64,000 nucleotides of DNA from Eledone cirrhosa. Its lineage: Eukaryota. A model generated the notes under the pieces. The model made no database searches. It was not told the origin of the DNA and worked only from the letters and a program-made list of their open reading frames with translations. The translations under genes were made by a program, and so were the position numbers. How positions within the stretch are numbered: the first letter of the stretch is position 1; each line of letters starts with the position of its first letter. This document shows positions 1 to 12,897 of the stretch, in pieces. Location: positions 51,460,001 to 51,524,000 of the forward strand of contig OZ024749.1 of NCBI GenBank assembly GCA_964016885.1, given 5' to 3'.

Positions 1-907
1 GGTTAACTTTACTTTTCATCCTTAAGGAGTCGATAAAATAAAGTACCAGTAATGCACTGGGGTTGAATTACTCAACTTTCCCCCTTCCCTCTCCCAAATT
101 ACTGGCCATGTGCATATAGTATAAATTATTATTATTATGAGTTCAAATCCCGTCGAGGTTAACTTTGCCTTTCATCCTTACGGGGTCGATAAAATAAAGT
201 ACCAGTAATACACTGGGATAATTGCTGGCCTTGTGCCAAAAGTAGAAACAATTATTTCTATAGAATCTGTTTATTTATTTATTTATTTATTAAAATAACA
301 GATTAAAGTTTAAGATTAAGATTTTAGTCTTCAAATTTTTATTATTACTATATATATAATATATATATAATATATATAATGTATAATGCATATGTGTGTA
401 TATATATCAACATCATTATCATTACCATTTAACGTCCATTTTTTCAATACTAGCATGAGTTAGACGAGTTTGCCCATTGTGAGACAAGTCAGATAAGGTG
501 ACCATGTCTTGCTCAGGCAGAACCGTTTCTGGCTTGGTTTCTATGGCTGGATGCCCTTCAAAATACCAACTACATTTACAGTGTGTACTTGGTGCTTTTT
601 GTCATGGCACCAAAATGACCGATTGACAGGTTGGACTAGGTGCTTTTTCTCTCTCAAATTGTTGGCCTTGTGTCTCAATCAGAAACCATTGTTTATTACG
701 GCAGTGGATTAGCAGACAATATGATTTGTGGCATAGAGTCTCAGCTCTTTATGCTCTGAGTTTAAATCCCACCGAAGTTAGCTTTGCCTTTCATCCTTAC
801 AGGGTTGATAAAATAAAGTACCAGTAACATACTGGAGTCGATTTAATCAACTTCCCCTCCTACCAAAATTGTTGGCCTTTTGCTTAAATCAGAAACCATT
901 ATTTACG

Positions 908-1098
908 GGTGGTGGCTTGGCAGTATCGGTAGAGGGTCGGACGCCATGCTTTCCAGCATAGTTATGTCCCTTTGCGGTCTGAGTTCAAATCCCACCGAGG
1001 TTAACTTTGCCTTTCATCCTTACGGGGTCGATAAAATAAAGTACCAGTAATGCACTGGGTAATTGATGGCCTTGTGCCAAAAGTAGAAACAATTATTT
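908..1098 (+). mobile_element. tRNA-derived SINE family A (representative; about 20 full or partial copies in window)
   Basis: A-box-like TGGCAGTATCGG, B-box GAGTTCAAATCCC and conserved body GCCTTTCATCCTTACGGGGTCGATAAAATAAAGTACCAG (resembles the Meta-SINE domain, from memory). Other copies include 1780-1990(-), 9012-9200(-), 11200-11410(-), 12350-12535(+), 38528-38710(-), 52676-52890(+), 54630-54810(+). Confidence 0.8.
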
Positions 1099-2228
1099 AC
1101 TCTGAAGAATTTATATGAATATTAAGATGAAAGTCAGAACCAATTACCAAAGTATTGTTGGTTAGTAAATTGTGTAACAATTGGTAAAATACAGGATATT
1201 TTGACATCAGACAGGAAGACAAAGAATTAAGTTGACAAATGTAAATTCAAAGGTCACATATTACACCAAGTCAAGTATCATTATAAAACAAATTGATACA
1301 ATACAAGGAAATAAATTTAAGACTCATCACCTATAATTATTTTATAGCAGAGATCAGCCCTTCAAATTCTACATAAATAAGATTTGGATATTTGCTCATT
1401 TCTCAGACATAAAATAGTGGGGTCAGGTATAAATAAATGGTAAGTCCCAAACTTGGTCCTACTGTGTGGCATCTTGGACAAGTGTCAGTTACCATAACCT
1501 CGGGTCAATTCATACCTTATGAATGAAGTTTGGGTAGACAGAAACTGTTCGGAAGCCTATCAGATGGACTGTGCTTGTAATTCAAAGAGCCAGTCTTGTG
1601 TCATGCTGAATCTCCCTGAAAATTTCATTAAGAGTACACATATGTCTGTGGAATGTTCAGCCACTTACACATTAATTCCATGAGCAAGCTGTTCTGCTAA
1701 TCAAACAACAGGTACACTCCTCACCAAAACCAACAGAGGCCCCTTCCAAGAGTGAATCCATAAAAGTCATTAATTAAATATTTCTAGTATAGGCACAAGG
1801 CCAGTAATTTGGGGGAGGGGAAAGTCGATTGAATCGACCCCTGTACGTTACTGGTGCTTTATTTTATCGACCAGTAAGGATGAAAAGCAAAGTTAACCTC
1901 AGCAGGATTTGAACTCAGACCGTAAAGGACCGTAACTCTATGCTGCAAAGCATGGTGGCTGACTCTCTACTGATACTGCCAATCCACTGCCCTCATACCA
2001 GTCATTAATTAATAGCAACTGTAACAAAAACTTTTTATGACCTTCCACCATTTTATTTCAATAGCAGGCAAATAAAGAATTTCTGAGACACAAAGCCATA
2101 AATTTTGGAATAAGAGTGGAACCAATTTCTAATTTATTTGATCAATTTTAGAAGACTAAAAGTCAAAGTCAAAGTCAATTTCACAAAGTTCTTTTTCAGA
2201 CTTTGTCAAAATTAACATCTATGCTGCT

Positions 2229-2737
2229 AATAATTGTTTCTACTTTTTGGCACAAGGCCAGCAATTACTCAGTACGTTACTGGTACTTTATTTTATCGAC
2301 CCCGTAAGGATGAAATGCAAAGTTAACCTCAGCAGAATTTGAACTAATGCTGTTAATAATAAATAATTGTTTCTACTTTTTGGCACAAGGCCAGCAATTA
2401 CACAGTGTATTACTGGTACTTTATTTTATCGACCCCGTAAGGATGAAATGCAAAGTTAACCTCAGCAGAATTTGAACTAATGCTGTTAATAATAAATAAT
2501 TGTTTCTACTTTTTGGCACAAGGCCAGCAATTACACAGTGTATTACTGGTACTTTATTTTATCGACCCCGTAAGGATGAAATGCAAAGTTAACCTCAGCA
2601 GAATTTGAACTAATGCTGTTAATAATAAATAATTGTTTCTACTTTTTGGCACAAGGCCAGCAATTACACAGTGTATTACTGGTACTTTATTTTATCGACC
2701 CTGTAAGGATGAAAGGCAAAGTTAACCTCGGCGGGAG
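2229..2737 (-). repeat. Tandem array of four 133-bp SINE-A 3' halves
   Basis: gaactaatgctg recurs at 2341, 2474 and 2607. Confidence 0.85.
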
Positions 2738-3259
2738 TAATAATAAATAATGATTTCTTTATTAGCTACACAGGGTTCACATTAAGGAAACATTAAAGAC
2801 AGTACGGGATGATCAGTGTGGGGTTAGTTTTCTTTGCATTAAATGAAATTAATAACAACAATAATAATAATAATAATAATAATGATTTCTAGTATAGGCA
2901 CAAGGCCAGCAATTTGAGGGGAGGGGAAAGTCGATTAAATTGACCCCTGTGTATTATTGAAAGGCAAAGTTAACCTTGGCAGGATTTGAACTCAGACCGT
3001 AAAGGGCCGTAACTCTATGCTGTAAAGCATGGCGTCTGACCCTCTGCCAATCCACCGCCATAATAATGATAATAATCATAATAATAATGGTGATGATGAT
3101 GATGGTGGTGATGATTTCTAATTTTGGCACAAGGCCAGTAATTTGGGGTGGGCAAGGGAAGAGTAGTCAATTACATCGACCTCAGTACTTGACCTAATGC
3201 TTTATTAACACCCCACCACCACCACACTGAATCAAAGAATACATGTTTGGTATTATTCC

Positions 3260-3300
<41 letters not shown>

Positions 3301-3675
3301 TTATGACTAATAAGCTCTGTAACCTACATAGAGCACTCTTTTTTCCTGGACCTTTCCAACAGAATTACTTCACATATTTACACACATATATATATATGTG
3401 TGTGTGTGTGTATAAATATACACATATATATATACACACACACACATATATATATACACACGCACACACATATATATATATATATACGCACTTATATATA
3501 TATATATACACACACATATATATATACACACACATATGTATATATATACATACATATATATATATATATACATATACATATACATATATATATACATACA
3601 CATATACATACACATATATATATATATATATATACGATATTAAATAAATGGAAACTATATTTATAAAACCTTATT

Positions 3676-3741
3676 TATTTCATTATATATATTTCAGGGA
3701 TATCATATTAACAATATGTTATGCCTTCCTCAGACAAAATA
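3676..3741 (-). ncRNA. Type-I hammerhead ribozyme motif
   Basis: Minus strand UAUUUUGU-CUGAGGA-AGG...CCU-GAAAU-AUAU-AUA/AUGAAAUA; 8-bp stem I with two GU pairs; intact core. Confidence 0.7.
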
Positions 3742-4118
3742 CAATATAGACAGTTTTATAGATAAATAGATTTGACATACCGTTCAACATCGACTTGTAT
3801 TTGAAAAAGTTGATTTGGCAGTGAAAAATTGTAAACAGAAAGAAAGAAAGAGAGAAAGAAGGAAAGAAAGAAAGAAAATGAAGAAAAAGAAAAAAAATAT
3901 ATATATATATATTTAAGTGTGTGTGTATATCATCCCCATTTAACGGCTGTTTTCCCTGCCAGCTCAGGTTGAACAGGTTGTCACAGACCAAGTGAAAACT
4001 TAATCAGAGCTACCAACCTCTTTGGTGAGCTGCAAGTGTGGCTACATCTTACTTACATATGTTTCTGATAAAATATATATACATGTGTGTGTGTGTGTGT
4101 GTGTGCGTGCGTGCGTGT

Positions 4119-4170
<52 letters not shown>

Positions 4171-4500
4171 GGAGGCACATGGCTTAGTGGTTAGAGCATT
4201 GGGCTTGCAATCGAAAGGTTGTGAGTTCAATTCTCAGACCGGGTGATGTGTTGTTTCCTTGAACAAGACACTTTATTTCACATTGCTCCAGTTTACTCAG
4301 ATGTAGAAATGAGATGATAGGGACTGGGGTCCCTATCATTCCACTGCAAAGTGGTCGTGGAGGTGCCATGGCAAAAAAGCACCCAGCACTCACTGTAAAT
4401 GAGGTTGGTGTTGGGAAGGGCATCCAGCTGTAGAAATCAAGCCAGAATCAGTTCCCGTCCCACCCTTGCAAGCAGGGAAAAGGCGGACGTAAAATGAAAT
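4171..4500 (+). mobile_element. tRNA-derived SINE family B (CORE-like body, Nin/Deu-like 3' part); several copies
   Basis: TGGCTTAGTGG A box, GAGTTCAATTCTC B box, TCCTTGAACAAGACACTTTA core and GGAAGGGCATCCAG. Copies at 10140-10465(-), 11720-11850(+), 25980-26342(-), 31975-32082(-), 44087-44250(+). Confidence 0.75.
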
Positions 4501-4708
4501 GATGATGATGCACACACACACACACATATATATGTATATGCACACACACACATATGTATATGCACATGCACACACACATATGTATATGCACACATATATA
4601 TATATATGCACACAGACATATATATATATGCACACATATATATATATATATATAAATGCATATAGCTGTCGAAACGACTTGAGCTCTGCTGTCGGGTTTA
4701 AACATTTT

Positions 4709-4766
<58 letters not shown>

Positions 4767-4879
4767 CATATGTACATAATCGGAGAAAGCTAATAGCGAT
4801 ACTCCGGCCATATATATATATATATATATATATAAATAACAGATTAATTATTATTACTATTTATATATTAAATACATAC

Positions 4880-4974
<95 letters not shown>

Positions 4975-4977
<3 letters not shown>

Positions 4978-5570
4978 TGGCTGCCAACTCGTTTTCGAGT
5001 ACGGCCACTACTTTATATCCATATAGGAGAACCCCTACCGATGCGCTGAACGAGTGTGACCTTTTAGTCCAGCCAGCGACTTGAAAACTCTGGTACAAAC
5101 ACTACATTTGTGACAATTATTGACACATAGTGCTGGGCCCATGGTACCATGTGAGGACAAGTGCAGAGAGATCTCCAGATATAAAGCAATGCCTGTGCCG
5201 TGAAGCTTTTATAGTGAGCAAAGGCACTGCACAAAGCCAGTCCCACTCTCTTAACCAAGATGATATTTACCAAAAAGAAGAACAAGTCAACATCATTGGA
5301 TACCATCAGGGTTGCAGGTGTTATATCAGAGTTTTCCTTCTCCTAGAATTCTGCCTTGACAAAGGCTAAGGGGTCATCTCTCCCGGTGATTTTGGATGGC
5401 TATTGACTCTTAAGAGCACCTTTGCCTTTTGACAGGTTTTGTTTTTAGTCCTGCAGGATGTCTAAAGCCAAAGTCACCCTCCTCACCAAGAAACCTTGGT
5501 GGGGTTGCCAGTTTAGTCGCCAACGACCCGACCATGAGACAGGTTGTACTGGGATACATGTTACCAGTAG
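4975..5570 (-). mobile_element. Non-autonomous RTE-type retroelement (structured 5' end, 3' stem-loop, TA tail)
   Basis: Related copy at 33806-34285 and the same 3' hairpin at 17101. Contains CTAGGAGAAGGAAAACTCTG, which I recall from RTE 5' UTRs. Confidence 0.55.
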
Positions 5571-5589
5571 CACCAACTGGTGACCTGAC

Positions 5590-5624
<35 letters not shown>

Positions 5625-5801
5625 TACATGAGAGAGAGGGAGAGAGCGAGAGAGAGAGAAGAAAAGCAATATCAACTTTGGTAAGACTTGAACCCCAATG
5701 CATTACAGCTACATACTACATTCTGTAATATACTCTCCCCCTACTCTATGTTGAAAAACAATTATGATGTAAAGATAAACAACCTATTTGTAGGTAATTA
5801 T

Positions 5802-7509
5802 CAACAACAACAACAACAGCAGTAACAACAACACTAACAACAACAACGGTAACAACAACAACAATAGTAACAGTAACAACAACAACAGTAACAACACTAA
5901 CACTAACAACAACGGTAACAATAACAACAACAATAGTAACAGTAACAACAACAACAACAGTAACAACAACAGTAACAACAACACTAACAACAACAACGGT
6001 AACAATAACAACAACAACAATAGTAACAGTAACAACAACAGTAACAACAACAATAGTAACAACAACAACAACAATAGTAACAGCAACAACAACAACAATA
6101 GTAACAACAACAGTAACAACAACACTAACAACAACAACGGTAACAATAACAACAACAACAACTATAGTAACAGTAACAACAACAACAGTAACAACAACAA
6201 TAGTAACAGCAACAACAACAATAGTAACAACAACAGTAACAACAACAATAGTAACAACAACAACAACAACAACAGTAATAACAACAACAACAGTAACAAC
6301 AACAATAGTAACATCAAAAACAACAACAACAGTAATAACAACAATAGTAACAACAACAACAACAATAACAACAACAATAGTAACATCAACACCAACAACA
6401 CCACCAACAACACCAGCACCAACACCACCACCAGCACCAACAACACCACCACCACTACCAACAACAACAACAGTAACACCACCACCACCAACAACAACAG
6501 TAACACCACCACCACCACCAACAACAACAGTAACACCACCACCACCAGCACCAACAACACCACCACCACTACCAACAACAACAACAGTAACACCACCACC
6601 ACCACCACCACCAACAACAGTAACACCACCACCACCACCAACAACAACAGTAACACCACCACCACCACCAACAACAACAGTAACACCACCACCACCAACA
6701 ACAACAACAGTAACACCACCACCACCACCAACAGTAACACCAGCACCACCACCAACAGTAACACCACCACCACCAACAACAGTAACACCACCACCAACAA
6801 CAACAACAACAGTAACACCACCACCACCAACAACAACAGTAACACCACCACCACCACCAACAACAACAGTAACACCACCACCACCAACAACAACAGTAAC
6901 ACCACCACCACCACCAACAACAACAGTAACACCACCACCACCACCAACAACAACAACAGTAACACCACCACCACCACCACCAACAACAGTAACACCACCA
7001 CCACCAACAACAACAACAGTAACACCACCACCACCAACAACAACAACAGTAACACCACCACCACCACCAACAACAGTAACACCACCACCACCACCACCAA
7101 CAACAACAACAGTAACACCACCACCACCACCAACAACAACAGTAACACCACCACCACCAACAACAACAACAGTAACACCACCACCACCACCACCAACAAC
7201 AGTAACACCACCACCACCACCAACAACAACAGTAACACCACCACCACCACCAACAACAACAGTAACACCACCACCACCACCAACAACAACAGTAACACCA
7301 CCACCACCAACAACAACAACAACAGTAACACCACCAACAACAACAGTAACAACAGTAACACCACCACCACCACCAACAACAACAGTAACACCACCACCAC
7401 CAACAACAACAACAGTAACACCACCACCACCACCAACAACAACAGTAACACCACCACCACCACCAACAACAACAGTAACACCACCACCACCAACAACAAC
7501 AACAGTAAC

Positions 7510-7540
<31 letters not shown>

Positions 7541-7851
7541 GTAACACCACCACCACCACCAACAACAACAACAGTAACACCACCACCACCACCAACAACA
7601 ACAGTAACACCACCACCACCAACAACAACAACAGTAACACCACCACCACCAACAACAACAACAACAGTAACACCACCAACAACAACAGTAACAACAGTAA
7701 CACCACCACCACCACCAACAACAACAGTAACACCACCACCACCAACAACAACAACAGTAACACCACCACCACCACCAACAACAACAGTAACACCACCACC
7801 ACCACCAACAACAACAGTAACACCACCACCACCAACAACAACAACAGTAAC

Positions 7852-7882
<31 letters not shown>

Positions 7883-8097
7883 GTAACACCACCACCACCA
7901 CCAACAACAACAGTAACACCACCACCACCACCAACAACAACAGTAACACCACCACCACCACCAACAACAACAGTAACACCACCACCACCAACAACAACAA
8001 CAGTAACACCACCACCACCAACAACAACAACAGTAACACCACCACCACCACCAACAACAACAGTAACACCACCACCACCAACAACAACAACAGTAAC

Positions 8098-8128
<31 letters not shown>

Positions 8129-8193
8129 GTAACACCACCACCACCACCAACAACAACAGTAACACCACCACCACCACCAACAACAACAGTAAC

Positions 8194-8224
<31 letters not shown>

Positions 8225-8409
8225 GTAACACCACCACCACCACCAACAACAACAGTAACACCACCACCACCACCAACAACAACAGTAACACCACCACCAC
8301 CACCAACAACAACAGTAACACCACCACCACCAACAACAACAACAGTAACACCACCACCACCAACAACAACAACAGTAACACCACCACCACCAACAACAAC
8401 AACAGTAAC

Positions 8410-8440
<31 letters not shown>

Positions 8441-8473
8441 GTAACACCACCAACAACAACAGTAACAACAATA
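5802..8473. repeat. 2.7-kb compound trinucleotide array (AAC/ACC/AGT), about 30-bp unit in its 3' part
   Basis: acagtaacaccaccaccaccaacaacaaca reiterated; source of the long low-complexity minus-strand ORFs. Confidence 0.95.
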
Positions 8474-10025
8474 GCACAATGAACATATATAGCAAATGTA
8501 AGTTGAAAAGTAATAGATATCTTTATTAATAGGTTTGTCTGAGTCAGTTGGTATATACAGAAGCCTCCTACAGTCATTGAAGAGAAACTCTGCAGACAGC
8601 CTAATATCTAGAAATTATAACATTACATGTAGATCGGCAGTATCGGTAGAGCGTCAGACACCATGCTTTGCAGCATAGAGTTATGGCCCTTTAGGTTATG
8701 AGTTTAAATCCCACAGAGGTTAACTTTGCCTTTCAATTACATTAGCAGAATGTAATTGTTTCTTCTTTTATCACAAAGCCAGCAATTACCCCAGTGCATT
8801 ACTGGTACTTTATTTTTCAGGGCCGATAAAATAAAGTACCAGTAATCCCCTGGGGTAATTGCTGGCCTTGTGATAAAAGAAGAAACAATTACATTATATT
8901 ACATTACATTCTGCAAGTTGAGCTTCACTAGAAATAACTTGTCTATAAGAACTGTTGAGAGACTCTATACTAGAATAGTAGAGCAACCAACTGACCAACA
9001 GGGCAGGGCATAATTGTTTCTACTTTGCGCACAAGGCCAGCAATTACCTCAATACATTACTGGTACTTTATTTTATCGACCCCGTAAGGACGCAAGGCAA
9101 AGCTAACCTTGGCGGGACTTGAACTCAGAACGTAAAGGGTCATAACTCTATGCTGCAAAGCATGGTGTCTAATGCTCTACCAATACTGCCAATCCACCAC
9201 CATCAACTATAATACTGGCAATAATAAATAAAAGAAAAAAAGAATGTGGAGGGGGGTTGAAGATGTGAGTGCCTTAATGCCACATGGCCCTGTTACAACA
9301 TGTTTTTCCATGCTCACATGTCTACCTTACCAACCCTAAATTCAACCCACATATCACACATCTACCCTCACCTTGGCCCTGTCCCACTTTTCTCATCAGA
9401 ATCTTAGCTCCAGCCCCTGCCACAACCTCTCTCACCCTGCCCCGCCCTCTCTGCCCCACACACACAGACTCACACCACACACACACACACACCAGACACA
9501 GATACACACCAGACATATACAAACATACACACACACACAGAGACACACCAGACACACACACAAGCAGACACATACAACACACACACACACAAGCAGACAC
9601 ATACAACACACACATACACACACACATACACACACACACTAGCTTGCAGAAGAAGGCAACTGCTGGGTGGAGGGTGGGCGAGGAAGTGCAGGGTGGGCGA
9701 GGGAGTGCAGGGTAGCATTGAGTTTCAGAGTTTCACTGAAAATTTGCTATAACTGACTGTGTTGTCCCCTTCACTAGATTCTTCCACTCACAAATACACA
9801 AGTAAGGAAGAGAGGGGGGGGGATAGAGAGAGAGGGGGTAGAGAGAGGGTGGAGGAAGGAAGTAAAGCTAGTGCTGGAAATTATGTATGTAGTCTAGATG
9901 AACTTCAATGTGAGTTCCTACATCTGGGTGTTGTCCATTCTTATGACAAAACAGCTGCAGAGAAGGCGGCAGGTTGTGTAGAGGGGAAATACACAACACT
10001 TGTAGCTTTGCTCAAATTTCTTAGT

Positions 10026-10090
<65 letters not shown>

Positions 10091-10530
10091 GTATCAACTA
10101 GAAATAGACATGACAACCCTTAATTTAATTTTGGATATTTCATTTACGTCCGCTTTTCCCTGCTTGCAAGGGTGGGACGGGAACTGATTCTGGCTTGATT
10201 TCTACAGCTGGATGCCCTTCCTAACACCAACCTCATTTACAGTGAGTGCTGGGTGCTTTTTTGCCGTGGCACCTCCACGACCACTTTGCAGTGGAATGAT
10301 AGGGACCCCAGTCCCTATCATCTCATTTCTACAGCTGAGTAAACTGGAGCTATGTGATATAAAGTGTCTTGCTCAAGGAAACAACACATCACCCGGTCCG
10401 AGAATTGAACTCACAACCTTTCGATTGCAAGGCCAATGCTCTAACCACTAAGCCATGTGCCTCCATATATATATATATATATTATAAAATAACAAGAGGC
10501 TGGACTGGTGTAATTCCATAAAGGTTTATT

Positions 10531-10587
10531 ATACTATGAACATTTCAATGACTGGGTTCAGTATGAATCTGTGACATCATCAGGTAT
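10531..10587 (-). ncRNA. Hammerhead-like motif (stem II base imperfect)
   Basis: AUAC-CUGAUGA...GAAAU-GUUC-AUA/GUAU followed by AAUAAA. Confidence 0.5.
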
Positions 10588-10868
10588 TCGAAATTTAACA
10601 AAGGAATATAATAGACACAATCCATGGAGCTGAAAAGGCCGAGAGATGAGAGGGCAGCCAAACATTTAGCAGTTTCCAGTCCAGTCAGTCACCAGTCCAG
10701 CCTCTTGTTATTTTATAATAATTAACTCCATACTCGCACCACCAACAACACAAACGAAGACGGATGAGTTGCATTACGTAAATGCTCTCCCTAATATTAC
10801 ATCAAGGTTGACTATACAGAATGACCAGTTCTATCCAGTGGTAAACCAACAAACCTAAATGAATATAA

Positions 10869-10941
<73 letters not shown>

Positions 10942-10971
10942 AGATCAAAAGATGGTTAAAAGAGTTCCATG

Positions 10972-11042
10972 TATTTTATTATGCGCATTTCAAAAACAAA
11001 TATCATCATGCAATAACATTTGCGTTTTCGTCAGATAAAATA
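10972..11042 (-). ncRNA. Type-I hammerhead ribozyme motif
   Basis: UAUUUUAU-CUGACGA-[long stem II]-GAAAU-GCGC-AUA/AUAAAAUA; perfect 8-bp stem I and palindromic stem III AUGCGCAU. Confidence 0.8.
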
Positions 11043-11425
11043 GGGAAACATGATATGAAGTTAAAACACACTTGTGAATAGTGCAGTTTTAAATCAATTT
11101 GAAATCAGTTTGAAATCAGTTTGAAATTCGCATAATAAAATACATGGAACTCTTTTAACCATCTTTTGATCTTATATATATATATATAATGGTATAATGG
11201 TTTCTTATATAGGCACAAGGCCAGCAATTTTGGGGGAGGGGAAAGTCGATTAAATTGACCCCAGTGCATGACTGGTACTTTATTTTATTGAGCCCATAGG
11301 GATGAAAGACAAAGTTGACTCGGCGGGATTTGAACTCGGATCATAAAGGGCCGAAACTCTATGCAGCAAAATATGGCGTCGGACCTTCTACCGATACTGC
11401 CAATCCAATACCCTATATATAATAT

Positions 11426-11474
<49 letters not shown>

Positions 11475-11955
11475 TTTATAAATTAATTATATAAATATTC
11501 ACTTCCGCGTTCACAGATTGACTTTGTTAGTTTCAGAAGATCCCGTTAAGGGTGAAAGCAGCGATTCTTTGCTTAAACTTTAATCTGTTATTTTAATAAA
11601 TATTTGCTCTACGATTCTTATATATTTGATATATATTTATCCTTATCGAACCCTCTTTGGATTTTAGTCTTCAATTTATTATTATTACTATAATATATAT
11701 ATATATAATAATAAATAATGGAAGGCGTGTGGCTGAGTGGTTAGAGAATTGGATTTGAAATTTTGAGGTTGTGAGTTTGATTCCTGGACTAGGAGATGCG
11801 TTATGTCCTTGAGCAAGACACTTTATTTCACGTTTCTCCATCTACCTGGAGTTGCGACCGATAGATAGTATTAGGAATTGGAACGACCAATGGAAACATT
11901 GTTTACACGGTCCGATTTGACTAAAGTCGATCAACTATCAAAAACATATATATAT

Positions 11956-12006
<51 letters not shown>

Positions 12007-12007
12007 G

Positions 12008-12043
<36 letters not shown>

Positions 12044-12125
12044 CATGGTGATTGGTCATTCTATATGCTTGTTGGTGTCTGGCTGGTTTGTCCACAGATT
12101 TGATGTGATTTTTGTTGTGTTAATA

Positions 12126-12213
12126 TTGGTCTGAGGATCAAGCAGACTTGGAGTCTGGTCTGGGATGGCAACCCACATCACGAGCTGGCTGGTTGGGAAA
12201 CATTTGTAACCGG
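12126..12213 (+). ncRNA. Hammerhead-like motif with extended stem II
   Basis: UUGGU-CUGAGGA-UCAAGCAG...CUGGUUGG-GAAAC-AUUU-GUA/ACCGG, then AAUAAA. Confidence 0.5.
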
Positions 12214-12530
12214 GTTGAGCAATAAATCTCCTATGTAACACTCTCACTTATGTAACACTACTACTTTGTTCTTATTATATACCAGTAATGCACTTGGTAA
12301 TTGCTGGCCTTGTGCCTAAAGTAGAAACAATTATATATATATATAACGGGGGATTGGCAGTATCAGTAGAAGGTTGGACGCCATGCTTTGCAGCATAGAG
12401 TTACACCCCTTTATGGTCTGAGTTCAAATCCCGCCGAGGTTAACTTTGCCTTTCATCCTTACGGGGTCGATAAAATAAAGCACCAGTAATGAACTGGGAT
12501 AATTGCTGGCCTTGTGCTAAAAGTAGAAAC

Positions 12531-12581
<51 letters not shown>

Positions 12582-12767
12582 AAAACAGTCAGGACCTCGA
12601 CGGGTGAGCTCTGGCCGTTTTGACAGCTAGTTTGGATCTAGCTGTCAAAATGGCCGGAGCTCAGCCGTCAGGGTCCTGACTCTTTTCCTATTACCCACTC
12701 TACAACCCTAAGTATCGAGTACTCTGGTGCATTATGGTTCACCTGGTATCTTACCACACTTTCTTTG

Positions 12768-12831
<64 letters not shown>

Positions 12832-12897
12832 GGAAAAGCAGATGTAAAATAATGATGATGATATATATATATATATATTTTCATTACCATTATAAGG

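Noticed and set aside
4171-4245. tRNA gene
   Set aside because: A and B boxes are present, but the sequence continues into a SINE body and is repeated with decay. It is a tRNA-derived SINE head.
5746-8577. 943-, 777- and 636-aa minus-strand ORFs (poly-V/G, L/V, C/W)
   Set aside because: Translations of a trinucleotide array, with no domain or splice support.
11530-11570. Hammerhead-like CAGAAGA-UCCC..GGGU-GAAA (copy at about 21945-21985 minus)
   Set aside because: The core has A in place of U4 in both copies, and I could not form stems I and III convincingly.
12046-12134. Hydrophobic ORF MVIGHSICLLVSGWF... as the signal-peptide exon
   Set aside because: It ends in a stop with no convincing phase-0 donor and overlaps a hammerhead-type element.
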